Positions 15,411 to 20,000 of a DNA stretch of 20,000 nucleotides are shown piece after piece; position 1 is the stretch's first letter, and the number at the start of each line of letters is the position of its first letter. The translations under genes and the position numbers were made by a program. This stretch comes from an uncultured virus (IMG/VR IMGVR_UViG_3300027396_000015). Lineage: Duplodnaviria; Heunggongvirae; Uroviricota; Caudoviricetes. The notes beneath the pieces are model-generated. The model was not told the origin of the DNA. It did not search any database and was given only the letters and a program-made list of their open reading frames with translations. The stretch lies in IMG/VR virus record IMGVR_UViG_3300027396_000015. One strand, given 5' to 3'.

Positions 15411-17120
15411 ATGAGTTGGAAAAGACATTTCTCTCCAGTAACAACAGGCAACGTTAGCCCGATATCCGGCGCAGGCGGAAAGCCTGGTCCTGCACGATCC
15501 AACTATAGTTCCTATCTTCCAGATGTTTACACTGGTAGTCCAAATCGTGTTGAGCGTTATATGCAGTACGACACCATGGATTGGGACAGCGAAGTTAATG
15601 CCGCATTGGACATTCTAGCAGAGTTTTGCACACAGAAAAATAAAGAAAACGGTACACCGTTTACATTACAATTTAGAAATCGTGCTACAAATTCTGAAAT
15701 TAAAATTTTAAAGGAATACCTACAACAGTGGACTAAGTTACAAAAACTTGATACACGTATGTTCCGTATTGCACGTAACTTGTTCAAATACGGCGACGGA
15801 TTCTTTGTACGCGATCCAGAAACACAAAAATGGTATTACGTTGATCCGGGTAAAGTTGTAAAGATTATTGTTAACGAAAGCGAAGGCAAGAAGCCAGAAC
15901 AATACGTTATCCGCGACTTAAACATTAATTTACAGGATTTAGTTGTAACACAGATTAATCCTAATACACAAAATCAACAGCCTGGTGGTGCCGCTTATAC
16001 ACAAGGCGGCAGCGGTGCTCGCGGTATGACAGGATCATATCCTCAGCAGTCAGGAACACGTTTTAGCAAAAGTCAAAATGAATTTGCTATTGATGCTAAA
16101 CACGTTGTACATCTTAGTCTAAGTGAAGGCTTAGACAACAATTATCCTTTTGGTAATTCGCTGTTAGAATCTGTTTTTAAAGTTTACAAACAGAAAGAAT
16201 TACTGGAAGATGCTATTATTATCTATCGTATTCAACGTGCTCCAGAGCGTAGAATTTTCTACATTGACGTAGGCAATATGCCTAGTCACTTGGCCATGAG
16301 CTTTGTTGAAAGAGTTAAAAATGAGATTCATCAAAGACGTATTCCTAGTAGTACAGGCGGTGGCAGTGCTATTGATAGTGCTTACAATCCGTTGTCTATC
16401 AATGAAGACTACTTCTTTCCACAGACAGCAGAAGGTCGTGGAAGTAAAGTTGAAACGCTACCGGGCGGTACTAACCTGGGCGAAATCGACGACTTAAAGT
16501 ATTTTACTAACAAGTTAATGCGAGCTCTACGTATTCCTAGCAGTTACTTGCCTACAGGCGCAGATGACAGTCAAGCGGCATTTAATGATGGACGTGTAGG
16601 TACAGCATACATTCAAGAACTACGTTTTAACAAATATTGCGAGCGTTTACAAACGTTAATGATCAGTACATTTGATACAGAATTTAAATTATTCTTGTAT
16701 AACAAAGGTGTAAACATTGACTTTAGTTTGTTTGATATTCGTTTCCAAAGTCCACAAAACTTTGCCGCATATCGTCAAGCAGAGTTAGACAATCAACGTA
16801 TCAGTACTTTTGCACAGGTAGTAGCATTGCCATTTATTGCTAAACGGTTTGCACTAAAACGTTTCTTAGGTATGACAGACGAAGACTTAGCAGAAAACGA
16901 ACGTCTGTGGAAAGAAGAAAGCGGTATGGCCAAGTCTAACGCAATGGATGCCGCAGGAGAATTGCGTACAGCAGGTGTAAGCCCAACGGGCATTGCCGCA
17001 GATGCTAGTGCTATGGCAGGAGAAACACCAGCACCCGAAGGTATGGCACCTGAAGCAGGAGCAGAAGGCGGTGCGCCAGCACCAGGTGCCGCTCCCGCGC
17101 CAGCCGCTCCACCAGCATAA
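15411..17120 (+). CDS. gp20: Portal vertex protein, T4 gp20-like
   Basis: LLEDAIIIYRIQRAPERRIFYIDVGNMP, EDYFFP...GRGSKVETLPGG.NLGEIDDLKYF and LRIPSSYL are hallmark gp20 motifs. Confidence 0.96.
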   Translation: MSWKRHFSPVTTGNVSPISGAGGKPGPARSNYSSYLPDVYTGSPNRVERYMQYDTMDWDSEVNAALDILAEFCTQKNKENGTPFTLQFRNRATNSEIKILKEYLQQWTKLQKLDTRMFRIARNLFKYGDGFFVRDPETQKWYYVDPGKVVKIIVNESEGKKPEQYVIRDLNINLQDLVVTQINPNTQNQQPGGAAYTQGGSGARGMTGSYPQQSGTRFSKSQNEFAIDAKHVVHLSLSEGLDNNYPFGNSLLESVFKVYKQKELLEDAIIIYRIQRAPERRIFYIDVGNMPSHLAMSFVERVKNEIHQRRIPSSTGGGSAIDSAYNPLSINEDYFFPQTAEGRGSKVETLPGGTNLGEIDDLKYFTNKLMRALRIPSSYLPTGADDSQAAFNDGRVGTAYIQELRFNKYCERLQTLMISTFDTEFKLFLYNKGVNIDFSLFDIRFQSPQNFAAYRQAELDNQRISTFAQVVALPFIAKRFALKRFLGMTDEDLAENERLWKEESGMAKSNAMDAAGELRTAGVSPTGIAADASAMAGETPAPEGMAPEAGAEGGAPAPGAAPAPAAPPA

Positions 17121-17123
17121 ATA
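17116..17123 (+). promoter_or_regulatory. Late promoter CATAAATA overlapping the portal stop codon
   Basis: ATAAATA core 5 nt upstream of the ATG at 17129. Confidence 0.6.
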
Positions 17124-17128
17124 ATAAT

Positions 17129-17368
17129 ATGATCCTACGCGAACTATTTTATTTTAATCGTGAAACTGCTGAACTAGAGCAGGACGACAAGTACATGGCT
17201 AAACGTGATACTGATGTCCTTAATGGTTTAGAAGACACACGCAAGACTCGTTTAACTCTTGGTCAAATCAACGAGTTACGTAGAGCATCCGACCAACACG
17301 TCAAAGAAACTCAAGCAGAGCTAGAATTTATCGCTCGAATGTACGCGGCACCTCCACCAGCCGCTTGA
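17129..17368 (+). CDS. Small hypothetical protein in the head module
   Basis: 79-aa ORF right after the portal, starting MILRELF and containing DTRKTRLTLGQINELRR. Preceded by a late promoter motif. Confidence 0.7.
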   Translation: MILRELFYFNRETAELEQDDKYMAKRDTDVLNGLEDTRKTRLTLGQINELRRASDQHVKETQAELEFIARMYAAPPPAA

Positions 17369-17379
17369 TAAATTAATAC

Positions 17380-17955
17380 ATGAATCACGCCTTTGTGTTA
17401 GGCAATGGTCGTAGCCGTATGGCCATTGAACCTAACAGACTAAAAGCTCTTGGCAAATTATACGGCTGTAACGCATTGTACAGGGACTGTGACCCAGATT
17501 ATCTAGTGGCAGTAGATGCCAAAATGGTATTGGAAATCACAGATAAAGCAGTACACAGGCGTATCCCAGTATGGACTAACGTCAATACAAAACTTAAAAA
17601 TATCTACGATTTAAACTTTTTTAACCCGTCAAAAGGCTGGAGTAGTGGGCCTACAGCACTATGGCTGGCCAGTACACACGGCTACGATACAATCTATATT
17701 CTAGGCTTTGACTATAAAGGAATCAACGATAAACTAAACAACGTTTACTCGGATACTCCTAACTACAGACGCAGTACAGAACCTGCTACATTTCATGGTA
17801 ACTGGCAACGTCAAACCGAATCTGTTATTAAAGAATTTACTGATACTAAATACATTAGAATTACTGAACCTGGTGCATTAGAGTTCGGGTGGCAGAAATA
17901 CAAAAATTATAGTACAATGACTTATGATGAGTTTAAGTCTGTGATATTTTATTAA
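17380..17955 (+). CDS. MptE-like / Maf (DUF115)-type nucleotide-binding fold protein, possible glycosyltransferase
   Basis: AFVLGNGRSR, YGCNALYRD..PDYLVAVD and SSGPTALWLA...IYILGFDY match the GNGPS...N...D...G.D pattern of the DUF115/Maf and CstII-like sialyltransferase folds. Confidence 0.6.
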   Translation: MNHAFVLGNGRSRMAIEPNRLKALGKLYGCNALYRDCDPDYLVAVDAKMVLEITDKAVHRRIPVWTNVNTKLKNIYDLNFFNPSKGWSSGPTALWLASTHGYDTIYILGFDYKGINDKLNNVYSDTPNYRRSTEPATFHGNWQRQTESVIKEFTDTKYIRITEPGALEFGWQKYKNYSTMTYDEFKSVIFY

Positions 17956-17969
17956 AATTTCGTATTTTG

Positions 17970-17992
17970 AACCGGTTTGCACCGGTTTTTTT
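17970..17992 (+). terminator. Rho-independent terminator
   Basis: AACCGGT-TTGC-ACCGGTT hairpin followed by a T run, just after the stop of the 17380-17955 gene. Confidence 0.75.
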
Positions 17993-18000
17993 ATATACAT

Positions 18001-18008
18001 AGTAAATA
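18001..18008 (+). promoter_or_regulatory. Late promoter AGTAAATA (core-protease-scaffold operon)
   Basis: TAAATA core immediately downstream of the terminator and upstream of the 18061 RBS. Confidence 0.65.
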
Positions 18009-18060
18009 CATCGACAGCCTTGCGGGTGAATAACCCCATCACATATATAGGAGAACATAA

Positions 18061-18843
18061 ATGACTGATCGCGCAAAGTTCGAGCAGATGCTTGAATATC
18101 TAATTAATGAAGACAAACAAAAAGCCGAAGAATTGTTCCACGAACTAGTGGTAGCAAAATCTCGCGAAATTTACGAAAACTTGTTGGACGATGATCTACA
18201 ATTTGATCAACCAGCAGAAGAAGCATTTGGTTTAGAAGCTCAAGACGAGCCAGCAGCCGATTTACTAAGCGATATCGATGCCGATGAACCAGAAGATGAC
18301 ATGGACGGTGGCGAAGGTGGCGATGAAGAGCCAGCAACTGTAGGCGACCTAGACCTAATGAAACAAGACATTATCGATGCACTAACCGCAGAATTTGAAC
18401 AAATGATGGGTGGTGACAAAGGTGAAGAAGGCGGCGACGAATTCCCAGCAGGTGGATCAGAAGAAGGTCCAGAAGCACCTGAAGGCGAAGAAGGCGGCGA
18501 AGAAGAAGAAACTAAAGAAGACTACGTTGTAGAATACGTAGAAAAAGTAAGTGCTCCAAAGCACGGTGACAACGGTGCTAACACTAAGTCAATCGTAGCC
18601 GGTAAGAACGATATGGGTGGCACAGTTGCTAATATCGCTAAAGGCGGCGAAAGCAACAAAGGTGGTACACAAGGTGGTTTAGCAAATCCATCAACAAAGG
18701 ATTTGAATTCAGGTAACGTTAATGTGCCTGGTTCAAAAAATGCGACAAAACTTAATGCTCAAAGCAAAGGTCATGGCGCAGAGAAGAAAGGCGCAGGCGA
18801 AAGCGGCGCTGATACCAAGAGTATCATTGGTAGCAAAGGTTAA
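18061..18843 (+). CDS. Acidic prohead core / internal scaffold-like protein
   Basis: Very D/E-rich central region and G/K/N-rich C-terminus. Lies between portal and prohead protease, where T4 has its core genes 67/68. Strong AGGAG RBS. Confidence 0.5.
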   Translation: MTDRAKFEQMLEYLINEDKQKAEELFHELVVAKSREIYENLLDDDLQFDQPAEEAFGLEAQDEPAADLLSDIDADEPEDDMDGGEGGDEEPATVGDLDLMKQDIIDALTAEFEQMMGGDKGEEGGDEFPAGGSEEGPEAPEGEEGGEEEETKEDYVVEYVEKVSAPKHGDNGANTKSIVAGKNDMGGTVANIAKGGESNKGGTQGGLANPSTKDLNSGNVNVPGSKNATKLNAQSKGHGAEKKGAGESGADTKSIIGSKG

Positions 18844-18859
18844 TTAGGGTCTAATCTAG

Positions 18860-19492
18860 ATGAGTAATTTCTACTTACGTGAGAACCTAACATTCGACCA
18901 AGCCCGAATGGTTGTGGAGTCGGATGGCGACGGAGGCAAAAACCTTTATATGAAGGGTATTTGTATCCAGGGCGGCATTCGTAACGCAAATCAGCGTGTG
19001 TATCCTGTGAGCGAAATCGGCAGGGCTGTCAAAACACTAAACGACCAGATCACTGGTGGATATTCAGTTCTTGGCGAAGTAGATCATCCAGACGACTTAA
19101 AAATTAACCTAGACCGTGTAAGCCATATGATTACAGAAATGTGGATGGATGGCCCAAATGGTTACGGTAAACTTAAGATTCTTCCAACCCCAATGGGACA
19201 ATTAGTGAAAACTATGTTGGAAAGTGGTGTTAAGTTAGGAGTTAGTTCGCGCGGATCCGGAAACGTCAAAGAAGACGGATCCGGTGAAGTGTCAGATTTC
19301 GAGATTATTACAGTTGATGTAGTAGCTCAACCATCAGCCCCGGGTGCGTATCCAACGCCCATTTATGAGCATCTCATGAATAGTAAGGGCGGATATAAGG
19401 CACTAAGAATAGCACAAGAAGTACAAGGCGACGCAAAGGCACAGCAATACTTAAAAGAAAGCCTATTAAAAATAATAGGCGGACTCCAATAA
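18860..19492 (+). CDS. gp21: Prohead protease, T4 gp21-like
   Basis: GICIQGGIRNANQRVYP, LGEVDHP (catalytic His), LGVSSRGSG (catalytic Ser) and DVVAQPSAPGAY. Confidence 0.95.
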   Translation: MSNFYLRENLTFDQARMVVESDGDGGKNLYMKGICIQGGIRNANQRVYPVSEIGRAVKTLNDQITGGYSVLGEVDHPDDLKINLDRVSHMITEMWMDGPNGYGKLKILPTPMGQLVKTMLESGVKLGVSSRGSGNVKEDGSGEVSDFEIITVDVVAQPSAPGAYPTPIYEHLMNSKGGYKALRIAQEVQGDAKAQQYLKESLLKIIGGLQ

Positions 19493-19507
19493 CAAGGGAG
19501 AATCACA

Positions 19508-20000
19508 ATGTTGGATGCACTTAAATCATTATTTGAAAACAACGTGATTTCCGAAGAAATCAAAGCAGACATCGAGTCTGCTTGGAACGCCAGAATCGCT
19601 GAAAACCGCGAACAGGCTACTCAACAACTACGCGAAGAATTCGCGCAAAAATACGAACATGACAAACAAGTAATGGTCGACGCAATCAATAACATGATTG
19701 AAGATCGTTTATCTGTCGAAATCCAAGAGTTTACAGAAGATCGCGCACAACTAGCAGAGGCGAAAGCCAAGTATGCTGTTGCTATTCGCGAACACTCAAG
19801 TAAACTTAACGAGTTTGTATTGACTTCTCTTGCTAGAGAAATTTCTGAACTTCACGAAGATCAGAAAGTAATGTCTGAGAATTTTAGTAAGTTAGAGCAG
19901 TTTGTAGTCGAAGCATTGGCTAAGGAAATTGCAGACTTCTATGATGACAAGAAAGACTTGGCAGAAACCAAAGTTAAACTTGTTAAAGAAGCAAAAGAAC
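19508..20000 (+). CDS. gp22: Prohead core scaffolding protein, T4 gp22-like (runs off the window)
   Basis: Not in the ORF track. Translates as MLDALKSLFENNVISEEIKADIESAWNARIAENREQATQQLREEFAQKYEHDKQVMVDAINNMIEDRL..., an acidic coiled coil directly after gp21, with a GGGAG RBS. Confidence 0.8.
   Translation, partial: MLDALKSLFENNVISEEIKADIESAWNARIAENREQATQQLREEFAQKYEHDKQVMVDAINNMIEDRLSVEIQEFTEDRAQLAEAKAKYAVAIREHSSKLNEFVLTSLAREISELHEDQKVMSENFSKLEQFVVEALAKEIADFYDDKKDLAETKVKLVKEAKE

Noticed and set aside
18024..18036. Small hairpin GGGT-gaata-ACCC in the 5' leader of the core gene
   Set aside because: Only 4 bp, and it does not cover the RBS. Insufficient evidence for regulation.
7698..19572. 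Short antisense or alternate-frame ORFs overlapping gp55, gp46, nuclease, tape measure, portal and head genes
   Set aside because: Shadow ORFs of confidently assigned genes.
1..20000. Stop-codon reassignment (none of the called genes ends in TAG)
   Set aside because: All recognisable genes are intact in the standard code with no in-frame TAG or TGA interruptions. TAG avoidance alone is common in AT-rich phages.

Overview
A 20-kb piece of a large T4-superfamily myovirus genome, AT-rich, standard genetic code, densely coding. Order: a minus-strand baseplate operon (gp6 [truncated by the window edge], gp25, gp5-like spike, large hub protein, gp53/LysM-like, tube-initiator-like), then a plus-strand block of late sigma factor gp55, gp47 (Mre11-like), gp46 (Rad50-like), a small ORF and a stand-alone GIY-YIG nuclease. 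This is followed by a ~440-nt, highly structured non-coding region. Next come a minus-strand gp26-like gene, a divergent tape-measure-like gene and the head module (portal gp20, two accessory genes, an acidic core-like protein, protease gp21, scaffold gp22 [truncated]). The strongest unexplained signals are: (1) the candidate large structured ncRNA directly behind the minimal GIY-YIG nuclease, with two putative pseudoknots, repeated modules and terminal GNA mini-hairpins; (2) a canonical-looking -1 programmed ribosomal frameshift that would fuse the gp26-like ORF to an unannotated gp51-like reading frame; (3) a late promoter overlapping the sigma70 promoter of the late sigma gene, plus probable leaderless late mRNAs. 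Family assignments come from motif recognition and synteny, not from database searches.
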